From positions 192,001 to 256,000 of the forward strand of contig CAVUCU010000005.1 in assembly GCA_963740085.1 (NCBI GenBank): a stretch of 64,000 bases of DNA, written 5' to 3'. The notes below the pieces were generated by a model. It worked only from the letters and a program-made list of their open reading frames with translations. It had not been told where the DNA came from and searched no databases. The DNA is from Nitrospirota bacterium (GTDB taxonomy: Bacteria; Nitrospirota; UBA9217). Each line of letters starts with the position of its first letter. The stretch's first letter is position 1. Both the position numbers and the translations under genes were made by a program. This document shows positions 9,505 to 19,192 of the stretch, piece by piece.

Positions 9505-9933
9505 ATGAGATTATGGTCTATTCATCCATGCTATCTGGATTCAAAAGGACTCGTGGCATTGTGGAGGGAGTCATTATTAGCTCAAAAGGTTTTGAAAGGC
9601 GAAACAAAAGGCTATCGGCATCATCCACAGCTGAATCGCTTTAAGGATTGCTCAAACCCTTTGGCTGCTATTGCTTCATATCTTATCGCTGTGTACGAAG
9701 AAGCACTGCAACGCGGATATCATTTCAATATAAGCAAGATAGTGAATCGACCGATGAGATCGCGCATACCGGTAACCAGAGGCCAGCTTGACTACGAGTT
9801 CACCCATTTAAAGCACAAATTGTCAAAAAGAAACCCAGCACTGATCAAAGAACTTAATTTGGTAGCCAGACCCAAACCGAATGCTTTGTTCTGCGTCAAA
9901 ACGGGGCCAATAGAAAAATGGGAGTCCCAATGA
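9505..9933 (+). CDS. Pyrimidine dimer DNA glycosylase / T4 endonuclease V-like
   Basis: MRLWSIHP.YLD.KGLVALWRE.LLAQ.VL...TKGY.HHPQL.RF signature. Confidence 0.88.
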   Translation: MRLWSIHPCYLDSKGLVALWRESLLAQKVLKGETKGYRHHPQLNRFKDCSNPLAAIASYLIAVYEEALQRGYHFNISKIVNRPMRSRIPVTRGQLDYEFTHLKHKLSKRNPALIKELNLVARPKPNALFCVKTGPIEKWESQ

Positions 9934-10004
9934 GCGAGGCCTCACTTCCCGCAGATCTTTTATGATAGCGTTTCCCTTTGTGACTGAAACCATCTCCGGT
10001 CCGC

Positions 10005-10119
10005 CAACATAGGGCTCGTTCCAGCAATCCGCAGGGATAACGCCCTTGTATGCCCGGGCGAAATCGTTGATGATGGCATAGAGCGTTTCGAAATCTTTTT
10101 CAATACATTCTCGTATCAT
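10005..10119 (-). pseudogene. GNAT acetyltransferase N-terminal fragment
   Basis: MIRECIEKDFETLYAIINDFARAYKGVIPADCWNEPY matches the start of a GNAT family; similarity stops after EPY. Confidence 0.6.
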
Positions 10120-10135
10120 GACATCTTCGCCGCTC

Positions 10136-10696
10136 TCAGGCGCCCCATCGTTCGTTAAAGCAGATCTCGTCAAGAGGCCTCCTCTTCGGACCGTCCTTCT
10201 TCTCCTCGGTCGGATATCCCAGGGGAAGAAGCCCGATGATCCTGATCGAAGTCGGAATGTTCAAAAGTTTTTTCACCTTCTCTTCGTCATAGATGCCCAC
10301 GAAGACCGTACCGAGACCCAGGCTTCTTGCCGCAAGCATCAGGTTCTGGGCAGCAATGCCGGCATCCACGAGGTAGTAGTTTTGGTCCCAGAGCACGCCT
10401 GACTGGGCCGGGTCTGCACAGAACACGATCACCACCGGCGCGGCGGCAAGGGCCTTCTTCGAGGGGTTGGACTTGTATCCTTTGGGCGAAAAGTAGGACT
10501 CCACGTAAGACAGGTCGCTGATCTTTTCCCGCATAGCCTTGTCCTTCACCACCACCATTCGCCAGCACTGCATGTTCGCCCACGACGGCGCCAGGCGCAC
10601 AGCATCCAGCACGGACCGGATCTTTTCGTCTTCAACGGGTTTATCCTGATACGTTCGGACGCTCCTCCGCGTCTTAATCGCTTCGAATAGTTCCAT
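10136..10696 (-). CDS. Nitroreductase family protein
   Basis: [43 protein letters not shown]; AGGAGG RBS. Confidence 0.9.
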   Translation of the reverse strand: MELFEAIKTRRSVRTYQDKPVEDEKIRSVLDAVRLAPSWANMQCWRMVVVKDKAMREKISDLSYVESYFSPKGYKSNPSKKALAAAPVVIVFCADPAQSGVLWDQNYYLVDAGIAAQNLMLAARSLGLGTVFVGIYDEEKVKKLLNIPTSIRIIGLLPLGYPTEEKKDGPKRRPLDEICFNERWGA

Positions 10697-10780
10697 TTGC
10701 GGACCTCCTTCTGAACAACGAGCAAAACAAAAGGGAATGGAATATGCCACCCCCTCATTGAAGACTAACTCTTCATTTTT

Positions 10781-11095
10781 TTACTTTCCGTACAAATGGA
10801 CCGTGTACTGGTTCCAGATGCCGAGGACTTTCAGCGTCTCCAGGTCCGCGAAATAGAGTTCATTCATACCGTTCTTCTTTGCGATGTCGCCGAATGCAGC
10901 ACTGTCCCAGGCAACACCGATCCAATTGACCTGGACATGCTTTATATCGCCTGTCTTCTCCGTCTGGACAACGCTGGTCCGGTGCAGATCGAGGGTAAGG
11001 GGCGCCACGGTGTGGGTGTAGAGAATTCCCGCACCGCAACCGGAAAGCAGGAAAGCCAGCCCCACGACTACCAGCGCAAACCTGACATTTCTCAT
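10781..11095 (-). CDS. TRL-like lipoprotein
   Basis: Lipobox LLSGC; paralogous to adjacent ORF (LYTH...WD/GD...AK..G...D.E...V.G). Confidence 0.7.
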   Translation of the reverse strand: MRNVRFALVVVGLAFLLSGCGAGILYTHTVAPLTLDLHRTSVVQTEKTGDIKHVQVNWIGVAWDSAAFGDIAKKNGMNELYFADLETLKVLGIWNQYTVHLYGK

Positions 11096-11108
11096 GGCTG
11101 CCCCCTCG

Positions 11109-11405
11109 TCAATCACCGTACACGATCGTGGTCGTCTCGGTATAGATGCCAAAAATGATATTCAGAAACTCCCTGTCCATATGGTTCAGCGTAGAGATGC
11201 CGCCTTGCTTGGCAGCCGCTGCCGTGCTCGCGTCACCCCAGGCCACGAGCCCCAGGATCGAATACATGGCAGCCCTCCCCGTCTTCTGACCCAGGACCGT
11301 CTTGTCGAGGTTCGTGTCATAGGGCGTCAACACGTGAGTGTACAGACAGCCTGTCACAAGAAATGCAATAAGAAGCACCGCGGCAAAAAGCTTGACGATC
11401 TTCAT
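11109..11405 (-). CDS. TRL-like lipoprotein
   Basis: Lipobox LVTGC; KTGRA..SILGLVAWGDAS..AAAK.GGI...D.E....GIY...T.VYG. Confidence 0.8.
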   Translation of the reverse strand: MKIVKLFAAVLLIAFLVTGCLYTHVLTPYDTNLDKTVLGQKTGRAAMYSILGLVAWGDASTAAAAKQGGISTLNHMDREFLNIIFGIYTETTTIVYGD

Positions 11406-11473
11406 ATTTTCCTCCTCGGCGAGAGATGTGCGAACAGTGAAATTATATCATAAAATTATTGTGCCTGAAATAA

Positions 11474-12625
11474 TCAGCGAAAAGGAAACAGCTGCTTGAT
11501 AAATGAGGTCATTCGCTCCTCTGCCACCTCAATGCTTTCGAGCAGCCGGAACTGTACGCGGGCGCGGTGAAGATTGTGGGTCGGATATTTTATCTTGAAA
11601 TAGACGTCGCCCCGCAGATAATCGGCGAGGAACCTGAGACCGAGCTCAAAGGTGATAACCTTTACCGACTGGGGCAGGAGTGCGAGCTCCGTTTTCGTAA
11701 GGAACGCTCCTGCCTCGCGAAGATAACCTTCCGCTATTGCCTCAAACAGAACCATGTCGATGCCGATCGATTCGAGGTCCTTCGCGTTCTCTCCCGCGAG
11801 GTTCGCGGCGGAGCGCACGCAGTCGCCGAAATCGAAGTGCACGATCCCGGGCTTCACCGTGTCCAGATCAAGCATGCACAGGGCTTCCCCGCTCTCCTTT
11901 TGGATCATGATGTTGTTCACCTTGGGATCGTTGTGCACAACCCGGAGCGGGAGCTTTTTTGAGGCAATGAGATCGGTCAGGGTCGACGCAAGGTCTCTTC
12001 TCCGGAACACGAATGCATTCTCAGGCCCGACCTCCGCGACCCTGCCCCCGACATCCGCTTTGACAGCATCGTCATATGCCGCAAGATATTTCGGTGTGGA
12101 ATGGAATCCCGGGAGCGTGTCGTGCAACGCCAGGGGCGGCAGGTCCGAGACCAGCGCCTGGAACCGGCCGACGCCGCGGCCCACCTCGTAGGCATGTTTC
12201 CTGTTTTGTACCGTATCAAAGACTATCCCGGTTTCTATGAAATGGAACACCCGCCAGTATGCGCCGTTCTCATCGAGAAGGAATGATCGGCCGCTCCGGG
12301 CGCTGATCAGCGCGGGCGTCACTGCATAGGGTTCGGCCACCCGCTCTGCGCGCAGCCGCTTGACGATGTGCGTCGTCACGGTCTCCACGTTCTGCATCAC
12401 CTGTTCCGGGTGCGTGAACACAGACGCATTGATCCTTTGGAGGATGAATTTGCGGGGTCTTCCACCGTCGTCGAACTCGCAGAGATAGGTGTCGTTGATC
12501 AGGCCAGAGCCGAACCGCCCGGACCTGACGAATGTGCCGGGGATGGAAAATTGAGAGATGATGGTTTTGAGCATGGTCCTTGAAATAAAATCATTCGACT
12601 GGATCGGACTGACGATCTTATTCAC
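11474..12625 (-). CDS. Aminoglycoside phosphotransferase-fold kinase (N-acetylhexosamine kinase-like)
   Basis: GSGLINDTY, ILQRIN..VF, HNDPKVNN, LDLDTV, DFGDCVRS. Confidence 0.82.
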   Translation of the reverse strand: MNKIVSPIQSNDFISRTMLKTIISQFSIPGTFVRSGRFGSGLINDTYLCEFDDGGRPRKFILQRINASVFTHPEQVMQNVETVTTHIVKRLRAERVAEPYAVTPALISARSGRSFLLDENGAYWRVFHFIETGIVFDTVQNRKHAYEVGRGVGRFQALVSDLPPLALHDTLPGFHSTPKYLAAYDDAVKADVGGRVAEVGPENAFVFRRRDLASTLTDLIASKKLPLRVVHNDPKVNNIMIQKESGEALCMLDLDTVKPGIVHFDFGDCVRSAANLAGENAKDLESIGIDMVLFEAIAEGYLREAGAFLTKTELALLPQSVKVITFELGLRFLADYLRGDVYFKIKYPTHNLHRARVQFRLLESIEVAEERMTSFIKQLFPFR

Positions 12626-13254
12626 TTCTTCGCGAGAATCAAGAACACCGAAAACTCTTTTTTCCCTTTTCCCTCCACGTCTTTTATCATCGTCGTTGCC
12701 GTAGTATCACGAACATCATGGAATCCGGCAGACAAAAGAAGTTTTTTCAGGTGCTGGCGGTCAAAACCCTGATGGAACACGCCGGTGTTGTCGCCATGGA
12801 ACGATCCGTCTTCGGCATCAAGATCTGCAAAGCACAGGAGCCCTCCCGGCAGCAGAAGCTCATGCCATTGCTTGAACAGTCTCGCCGTGTCCGGCACATG
12901 GTGCAGGGTCATGCTGCTCGTGAGCAGATGGTATCTGCCCTCAATGCTGCCGTTCTTCTCGAGATCCACGAAAAGGGTCCGCGCATTCGCGATCCCCTGC
13001 GTCTTGATCTTTCCCTCCAGAACGCCGAGCATGCCCTGAGAGCTGTCCACGCCAAGGATGTTCCTGACGAGAGGCTGCAGTCTGAGCATGACAAGGCCGG
13101 TCCCGCACCCGAAGTCCAGCACATCCATGTCGCCCGCAGGCATCGCCTCTCTGATGATCGCGTCAGCAACCTCGTTCGCGAGCTTCACGCGTCCTTGGTT
13201 TGCATCCCACTTCGCCGCTTCCTTGTCAAAATCTCTTTTCTCTTTCGGCTGCAT
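12622..13254 (-). CDS. Class I SAM-dependent methyltransferase
   Basis: VLDFGCGTG, GVDSSQGM, SSMTLHHV, LLPGG...DL..EDGSFH. Confidence 0.9.
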   Translation of the reverse strand: MQPKEKRDFDKEAAKWDANQGRVKLANEVADAIIREAMPAGDMDVLDFGCGTGLVMLRLQPLVRNILGVDSSQGMLGVLEGKIKTQGIANARTLFVDLEKNGSIEGRYHLLTSSMTLHHVPDTARLFKQWHELLLPGGLLCFADLDAEDGSFHGDNTGVFHQGFDRQHLKKLLLSAGFHDVRDTTATTMIKDVEGKGKKEFSVFLILAKK

Positions 13255-13321
13255 AAGTCGATTCTCCTCTGACCATAAGTACTTCACGAGCTAACGGACA
13301 ATGATCCGGGAACTGCCGTCT

Positions 13322-14960
13322 TCAGGGCTCACATACAATGTTCGAAAGTTCTTTTGAAAACGTTTCATAGTTGGCTGAATAATCGATCGGACATTCGATA
13401 AGCACGACCGTTTTCAGCGAGAACGCCTTTCGCAGGAGCTCCGACAAGTTGTCGCCTTCCTTGATCTTCATCCCCACGGCCCCGTAGCTTTCCGCGTACT
13501 TCACGAAATCGGGGTTTGTATAATCCAGACCGAAGCGGGGATATCCCTTGGCCTGCTGCTCCCACTTTATGAACCCGAAGGCATTGTCATTCAGGACCAG
13601 GACGACCAGGGGAACGTTGTACCGCAGTGCGGTCTCAAGCTCCCGGGAGTTCATCATGAACCCGCCGTCCCCGTGACAACGAGGACATTCCGTTCGGGTC
13701 TGAGCATCTTGGCCGCAATACCCGTGGGCAGCCCGGCGCCCATGGTCGCAAGCGCATTGTCCAGCAGGAAGGTGTTGGGTCGGTAGGGCTTGTACAAGCG
13801 AGAGAACCACAACTTGTAAATGCCGTTGTCCAGCGACAGGATGTCATCGTGAGAAAGCGCCTCCCGCACATGCCACACGACCTGCAGCGGCGTCAGGGGG
13901 ATACTGTTTCCTGTAATCGACCGAGAGCTTGCGGTCGAGGTACTCCCGGATGGACCTGAATAATCCCGTCGCTCTTCCTGTCCGTGATAAGTTCTCCGAG
14001 CTGCCGGAGCGAGCAGGAAATATCGCCGATGATCTCGATGTCCGGATTATAGTACTTGTCCACATCGGCCTCGGTAAAATCAATATTGATGATCTTCTTG
14101 TCAAGGTCCTTGTTCCAGACATAGGGTGGATATTCAACGATGTTGTAACCGATCGTAATGATCACATCGGCGCGGTCGATGCCGCAGTTGATGTAATCGC
14201 GACGGTGGATACCTGTTGCAAAGAGACTCTGGTCCGAGGCGTCGCTCAGGACACCCTTCCCCATCTGCGTGTGCGTGGCATAGATGCCCGTCTTCTCGAT
14301 GAACTGCAGCAGTTGTCCGGTGATCAGGTTCCGGTTCGCTCCGGAGGAGAGAATGATGAGCGGGTTCTTCGCCTTGCCGATCATGGCCGCGGCAAGCATA
14401 AGCGATTTTGGCATTGGGCGGGGGCCTGCGCACGAGGCCTCGCTTCTGCACCCGCGCATCGGTCTCAGCTCTCCGCAACATCCTCGGGCAGTTCCAGGTG
14501 CACCGCGCCCGGCCGTTCCGCCTGGGCAAGCTTAAAGGCGTTGCGGAGGATCGTCGGGACCATTCCCGGATCAGCGATGGAGACAGCATCCTTCGTGATC
14601 GGCCGCATCATGCTCACGATGTCGATGAGCTGAAATCGCGCCTGCCGGTTCTCCCTGATCGCCTTCTGACCCGAGATCGAGACCAGCGGTGCGCCGATGA
14701 GCTGCGCGTGCGCCACACCCGTTACCAGGTTCGTGGCCCCCGGCCCGAGCGTCGAGAAACACACTCCCGCCTTACCGGTCAAACGCCCAAAGGTAGCCGC
14801 CATGAACGCGGCTGTCTGCTCGTGGCGCGTAATGATCACACTTGATCTTCGACGTGCGGAGTGATTCGAGGAACGCGAGGTTCTCCTCCCCTGGCAGACC
14901 GAAAACATACTCCACTCCCTCTTCTTCAAGCTGCCTTACGAACAGATCGGATGCTTTCAT
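13322..14960 (-). pseudogene. ThDP-dependent enzyme (acetolactate synthase-large-subunit-like / 2-oxoglutarate decarboxylase-like), broken by six frameshifts
   Basis: Consecutive pieces GLPGEEN / RHEQ..AFMA / STLGPGATN / PGAVHLELPED / TQMGKG / LDNG.YKLW / GDGGFMMN in shifting frames; indels near 14840, 14469, 14407, 13966, 13898, 13670. Confidence 0.88.
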
Positions 14961-14972
14961 GTTCACCTTTCG

Positions 14973-15256
14973 CGCGGAGACACAGAGACACGGAGGAAAA
15001 CAAAATAATTACCTCATGCCTTCTGGTACTTCTTGCAATCCTTAAGATGTTTGGTCAATGCTCCTCTTGCAACTTTCTTGTTACAATGAGGACAAGGATC
15101 ACCGCATGGGGCAGGATGAATCACCACACTTCCTGCCTTATGACATGGACAGGTACATTCCCAGATAGAATCTACCGCTGTCTTTTGCTTCTCTAAACCA
15201 ATCATCATCCGTGGTTACTATCGCTTTTCTCCGTGTCTCCGTGTCTCCGTGGTGAA
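14973..15256. mobile_element. Cassette bounded by inverted short-period repeats (CGCGGAGACACAGAGACACGGAG ... CTCCGTGTCTCCGTGTCTCCGTGG) enclosing a small ORF
   Basis: Arms 14973-15000 and 15225-15256 are near reverse complements; lower-GC interior. Confidence 0.6.
15014..15208 (-). CDS. Small Cys/His-rich putative metal-binding protein
   Basis: 64 aa with CTCPCH...HPAPC..CPHC...H..C; weak RBS. Confidence 0.5.
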   Translation of the reverse strand: MMIGLEKQKTAVDSIWECTCPCHKAGSVVIHPAPCGDPCPHCNKKVARGALTKHLKDCKKYQKA

Positions 15257-15262
15257 TTCACT

Positions 15263-16765
15263 TTACTCCCTCACCACAACCGTCTTGACGTTTACGAACT
15301 CCAGAATCCCGTGATGAGACATTTCCCTGCCGACCCCGGACTTTTTGATGCCGCCGAAGGGCAGCCGCGGATCGGATTTCACCATGTCGTTGATCGTGAC
15401 CGTCCCGGATTCTATCCGCCCCGCTAGCCGTTCTGCCCGTTCAAGGTCCCGGCTCCAGATGGCTGCACCGAGACCATAGGCCGTCTCGTTCGCCACCTTG
15501 ATCGCCTCGTCCTCGTCTTTCACGGTGATGATCGGAGCGATGGGGCCGAACACCTCCTGGGTCATGATCTTCATGTTCGGCCTTACATTCGTAACCGCAC
15601 AGGGCGCAAAGAAGAATCCCTTTTTGAAGGTCTGGTCGACCTGCATGACCTTGCCGCCTTTTGCCTTTGCGTCCCTGAGCTGTTCCCTGAGCCCATCACG
15701 GATGTCCTTCCTGGCCAGCGGCCCGATGTCGGTCGACTCGTCCATGGGGTCGCCGAGTTTCAGGTCCTTGAGCCGCGCCATGAAGTACCGGGTGAAATCT
15801 GCGGCGACTTTTTCCATCACGATGAACCGTTTTGCCGCGATACAGCTCTGGCCCGCGTTGATCATCCGCGCATTGGCGGCCATCCTGCCTGCCTTCTCGA
15901 TGTCGGCGTCGTCAAGCACGATATACGGGTCGGAACCGCCCAGTTCAAGCACAAGCTTCTTGATCTTCCTGCCGGCATGGGCACCGACCTCTTCGCCGGC
16001 ACGATTACTGCCCGTCAGCGAGACCCCGTCAACCAGGTCATCGTCGATGAGTCTCAGGGTCTCGGGCACGTCGATGAGCACGGTCTTGAACACGTTCTCC
16101 GGGAACCCGGCCTTTCTGAATGCCTCTTCTATGGCGAGGGCCGTCATCGGCACATTGGAGGCGTGTTTGAGCAGCGCCGTATTGCCGGCAAGGACGGCAG
16201 GGACGCCGAACCGGAAGGCCTGCCAGAACGGGAAGTTCCAGGGCATGATCGCGAGCACGATGCCGAGGGGCTGGTACATGACGATGCTCTTCTTTGCTTC
16301 GGTCTTGATCTCTTCCGGCTTCAGGAACTGCTCCGCGTTGTCGGCATAATACTCCGAGAGCCAGGCGCACTTCTCGATCTCGGCAAGCGACTCCTTGATG
16401 GCCTTGCCCATCTCTTTCGTCATAAGTTCAGCATAGACCCGCTTCTCGGCCCTCAGCACCGCTGCGAGCTCTTTCGCATATTTGGCCCGTTCCGCGACAG
16501 GGATGTTCCGCCACGCCAAAAAGGCCTCGCGGGACTCATGTACCTGACGGTTCAGTTCCCGCGTGCTCATGAGGGGGAACTCTTTCATCACCTCTTCGGT
16601 GAAAGGATTGACGGACCGGATCGTTTTCGAATAATTCGATGGTCGTTCAGCAGCGGTCCGCGAACGCCGCGCACCCTTCTTCGAGGATGTCGCACGTTTC
16701 TTCACCGGGGAAACAGTTCTTTTACCCCCTGTTCCTGCTTTTTTTACTTTCCTCCTGATCGCCAT
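15263..16765 (-). CDS. NAD(P)-dependent succinate-semialdehyde dehydrogenase-like aldehyde dehydrogenase
   Basis: IMPWNFPFWQ, LKHASNVP, LTGS, LELGGSDP, NAGQSCIAAKR, EVFGP, PFGGIKKSG.GRE; GGAGG RBS. Confidence 0.9.
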   Translation of the reverse strand: MAIRRKVKKAGTGGKRTVSPVKKRATSSKKGARRSRTAAERPSNYSKTIRSVNPFTEEVMKEFPLMSTRELNRQVHESREAFLAWRNIPVAERAKYAKELAAVLRAEKRVYAELMTKEMGKAIKESLAEIEKCAWLSEYYADNAEQFLKPEEIKTEAKKSIVMYQPLGIVLAIMPWNFPFWQAFRFGVPAVLAGNTALLKHASNVPMTALAIEEAFRKAGFPENVFKTVLIDVPETLRLIDDDLVDGVSLTGSNRAGEEVGAHAGRKIKKLVLELGGSDPYIVLDDADIEKAGRMAANARMINAGQSCIAAKRFIVMEKVAADFTRYFMARLKDLKLGDPMDESTDIGPLARKDIRDGLREQLRDAKAKGGKVMQVDQTFKKGFFFAPCAVTNVRPNMKIMTQEVFGPIAPIITVKDEDEAIKVANETAYGLGAAIWSRDLERAERLAGRIESGTVTINDMVKSDPRLPFGGIKKSGVGREMSHHGILEFVNVKTVVVRE

Positions 16766-16849
16766 AAGCCTCCTCCATTCTTCCCCTGATACTTTTTTCA
16801 CATCCACCCGCTCCCCGAAGGGATGAGAGAACCACAATAAACGAGAACC

Positions 16850-17800
16850 TCAACACACCCTGTTTCTTCCGCTGTTCTTTGCATTCATAAGCGCCTGATC
16901 AGCATGATCGACGAGCGCTTTGCGATCAATGCCGTCGTGGGGAAATGTGGCCACCCCGATACTCACCGTAATACCGTCTCCCGACTGGCTCGCCCGACCC
17001 GCAAGCGGATATTCTGCAATGAGCGCTCGGATTCTCTCGGCAAAAACGAGCGCCTCTTCCCGGGAACACTCGGGCAGGATTATCGCAAATTTCTCGAATC
17101 CGTATCTGGCCGCGATATTCGATTTGCGGGTATTTTTTTTGAAAAGATCCGCAATTGCGTAGAGCACCTTGTCGCCCGCCGTACGGCCGTTGGTATCGTT
17201 GTATTTCATAAAATGATCAACGGACATCAAGAGCAGGGAAAAGACATGCTTATATCTCTTCGAGCGCTCGACCTCAGACGCAAGAAACTCGTAAAAATGA
17301 CGGTGATTAAACAAACCGGTCAGGCCGTCCTGCATGGCGAGCTCTCTCAGGGCCTCGTTCATCCGGGTGGCTTCTTCGTTCTTCATTTTCAACTCTTCCA
17401 AAAGCATCCTGTTTACGTGGATCAAGTTCACTTTTTCGACCGCCCGCTGCGTTACCATGGAAATGACGTCGAGATTATCAAAGGGTTTTACAAGGTAGTC
17501 GTATGCGTTGGACCTGAGCGCCTCGATCACGGTCTTCATTTCCGCATGACTGGTCATGATGATGACCTGTGTGTCGGCGCTGATTTGTTTGATCTTCTTG
17601 AGGAGATCGATACCGCTCATCCCCGGCATGACGATATCGCTGATGAGCAGGCAATAATCGCCCTTGGCAAATAACTCCAATGCCTCTTCCCCGCTTCCTG
17701 CAACATCCACACGATAGCCTTCGCCGGAGAGAACGCTCGCCACTAATTGCGAGATGTTCGGGTCATCGTCTACCACAAGAATGTCGCACTTCATTGTCAT
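16850..17800 (-). CDS. Response regulator with degenerate GGDEF domain
   Basis: REC (VVDDD, SDIVMPGMSG, KPF), coiled coil, DGLTGLFN, GGDEF site reads GFEKF. Confidence 0.87.
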   Translation of the reverse strand: MTMKCDILVVDDDPNISQLVASVLSGEGYRVDVAGSGEEALELFAKGDYCLLISDIVMPGMSGIDLLKKIKQISADTQVIIMTSHAEMKTVIEALRSNAYDYLVKPFDNLDVISMVTQRAVEKVNLIHVNRMLLEELKMKNEEATRMNEALRELAMQDGLTGLFNHRHFYEFLASEVERSKRYKHVFSLLLMSVDHFMKYNDTNGRTAGDKVLYAIADLFKKNTRKSNIAARYGFEKFAIILPECSREEALVFAERIRALIAEYPLAGRASQSGDGITVSIGVATFPHDGIDRKALVDHADQALMNAKNSGRNRVC

Positions 17801-17877
17801 CTTTTTGCTCCCTTTTGGCGTGTACATTCCATACACAATGCGAAACCTCTCGGGGAAACATCACGGCATGATGAATC

Positions 17878-19056
17878 TTACCTTTTCTCCACCGGCGCAT
17901 ATACGCATCCTGTCTTTCCGCAATAATTGCCGGTGTATTCGGACGAGGGCCGGTAGAGCGCCGGCTTTCCCTGGGCATCGCCGAACTTCTCCTCGATGAT
18001 ATGTGCCGTCCAGCCCGCGCTCCGCGCCACGGCAAAGATCGGCGTCATCAGGTCTCCGGAAAATCCCATCATGTGGTACACCGGCGCGCTGAAGAAATCG
18101 ACGTTGGGCTTGATCGTGGTCTTGCCCCGCTTCTCGAACTCGGCCACCGCTCGAGCCTCGATGGCTGTCGAGAGCTTGCACCAATGCTCCTGCCCCACTT
18201 TTTTCCCCAGCCGGAAGCACATATCCTTCAGGAACCGCGCCCTCGGGTCGGTCGTCTTATACACCGCATGCCCCATGCCCATGATCTTCCTTCCGCCGTC
18301 CAACTGCCTCTTCACCCAACCCGGAATGTCCTGCTCCTCCTTCAGGTCCATGAGCATATTCATCACCTGGGCGTTCGCGCCGCCGTGCAGGCTTCCGGAC
18401 AGGGCGCCGACGCCGGCTGCCACCGCCGCATACATGTGCGCCTTCGTGGAAGCGACCTCGCGGCACGCGAAGGTGGACGCGTTGAATGAGTGGTCCGCGT
18501 GCAGCACGAGCGCGGTATCAAGGTCCTTCGCTGTTTCCGGATCGGGCTTTTCGCCCGTCAGCTGCCACAAAAAATTACCGGCATGGGACAACGACTCATC
18601 GCTCGGCAACGGGTCCTTGTCATGCCTTATCCTCTGCCAGGCGGCCACCATTGTGGCGACCCGGGCAATGAGCATCACGGCCCTGGCGATGTTCGTTTCC
18701 CGCGAATCATCGTTGAGATCGGGATCCGCCATGGCCAGGAGCGGGACCGAGGCCTGCAGCGCGTCCATGGGATGTGCCCCGTGCGGCAGGTTCTTAAGTG
18801 CGTTCAGAAGAAAGCTCGGCACCTGCCGGGCCCGAACAAGCTGCCGATTGAAATCCTCAAACCGGCCTTTGTCAGGCAGCGCGTCGTGCAGGAGCAGGTA
18901 CGCCGTCTCCTCGAATGTCGAGTTTTTCGCGAGGTCTTCGATGCGATACCCCCGGTAGATGAGGATCCCGTTCTCGCCGTCGACATTGCTGATCTTCGTG
19001 TCAGCCACTTTGACGCCGCGGAGACCGATGTTCTTTGTACTTGCCGGCTCAGCCAT
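17878..19056 (-). CDS. gltA: Citrate synthase (short/dimeric type)
   Basis: GLRGV, LIYRGY, LHADHSFNASTF, LSGSLHGGAN, MGMGHAVYK..DPRA, PNVDF. Confidence 0.92.
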   Translation of the reverse strand: MAEPASTKNIGLRGVKVADTKISNVDGENGILIYRGYRIEDLAKNSTFEETAYLLLHDALPDKGRFEDFNRQLVRARQVPSFLLNALKNLPHGAHPMDALQASVPLLAMADPDLNDDSRETNIARAVMLIARVATMVAAWQRIRHDKDPLPSDESLSHAGNFLWQLTGEKPDPETAKDLDTALVLHADHSFNASTFACREVASTKAHMYAAVAAGVGALSGSLHGGANAQVMNMLMDLKEEQDIPGWVKRQLDGGRKIMGMGHAVYKTTDPRARFLKDMCFRLGKKVGQEHWCKLSTAIEARAVAEFEKRGKTTIKPNVDFFSAPVYHMMGFSGDLMTPIFAVARSAGWTAHIIEEKFGDAQGKPALYRPSSEYTGNYCGKTGCVYAPVEKR

Positions 19057-19076
19057 GATGACCTCCATGACTCTTT

Positions 19077-19150
19077 GACACGGATCAATGCGGATAAAAA
19101 CCCTTGATAACTGCGGATACGTCAGCATCTCCGTGTTCCAGATTTATCCG
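19077..19150. repeat. 9-nt-period inverted element (ACACGGATC AATGCGGAT ... ATCTCCGTG...TTATCCG)
   Basis: Degenerate member of the same family, at acn-gltA junction. Confidence 0.4.
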
Positions 19151-19192
19151 CCGTTATCGCACTACAAATCCGACTCTTCAGTGTCAAAAGGT

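Noticed and set aside
14465-14467. UGA in the ThDP gene as selenocysteine
   Set aside because: Similarity continues in a different frame (indel), not by read-through, and the position is not a Cys site
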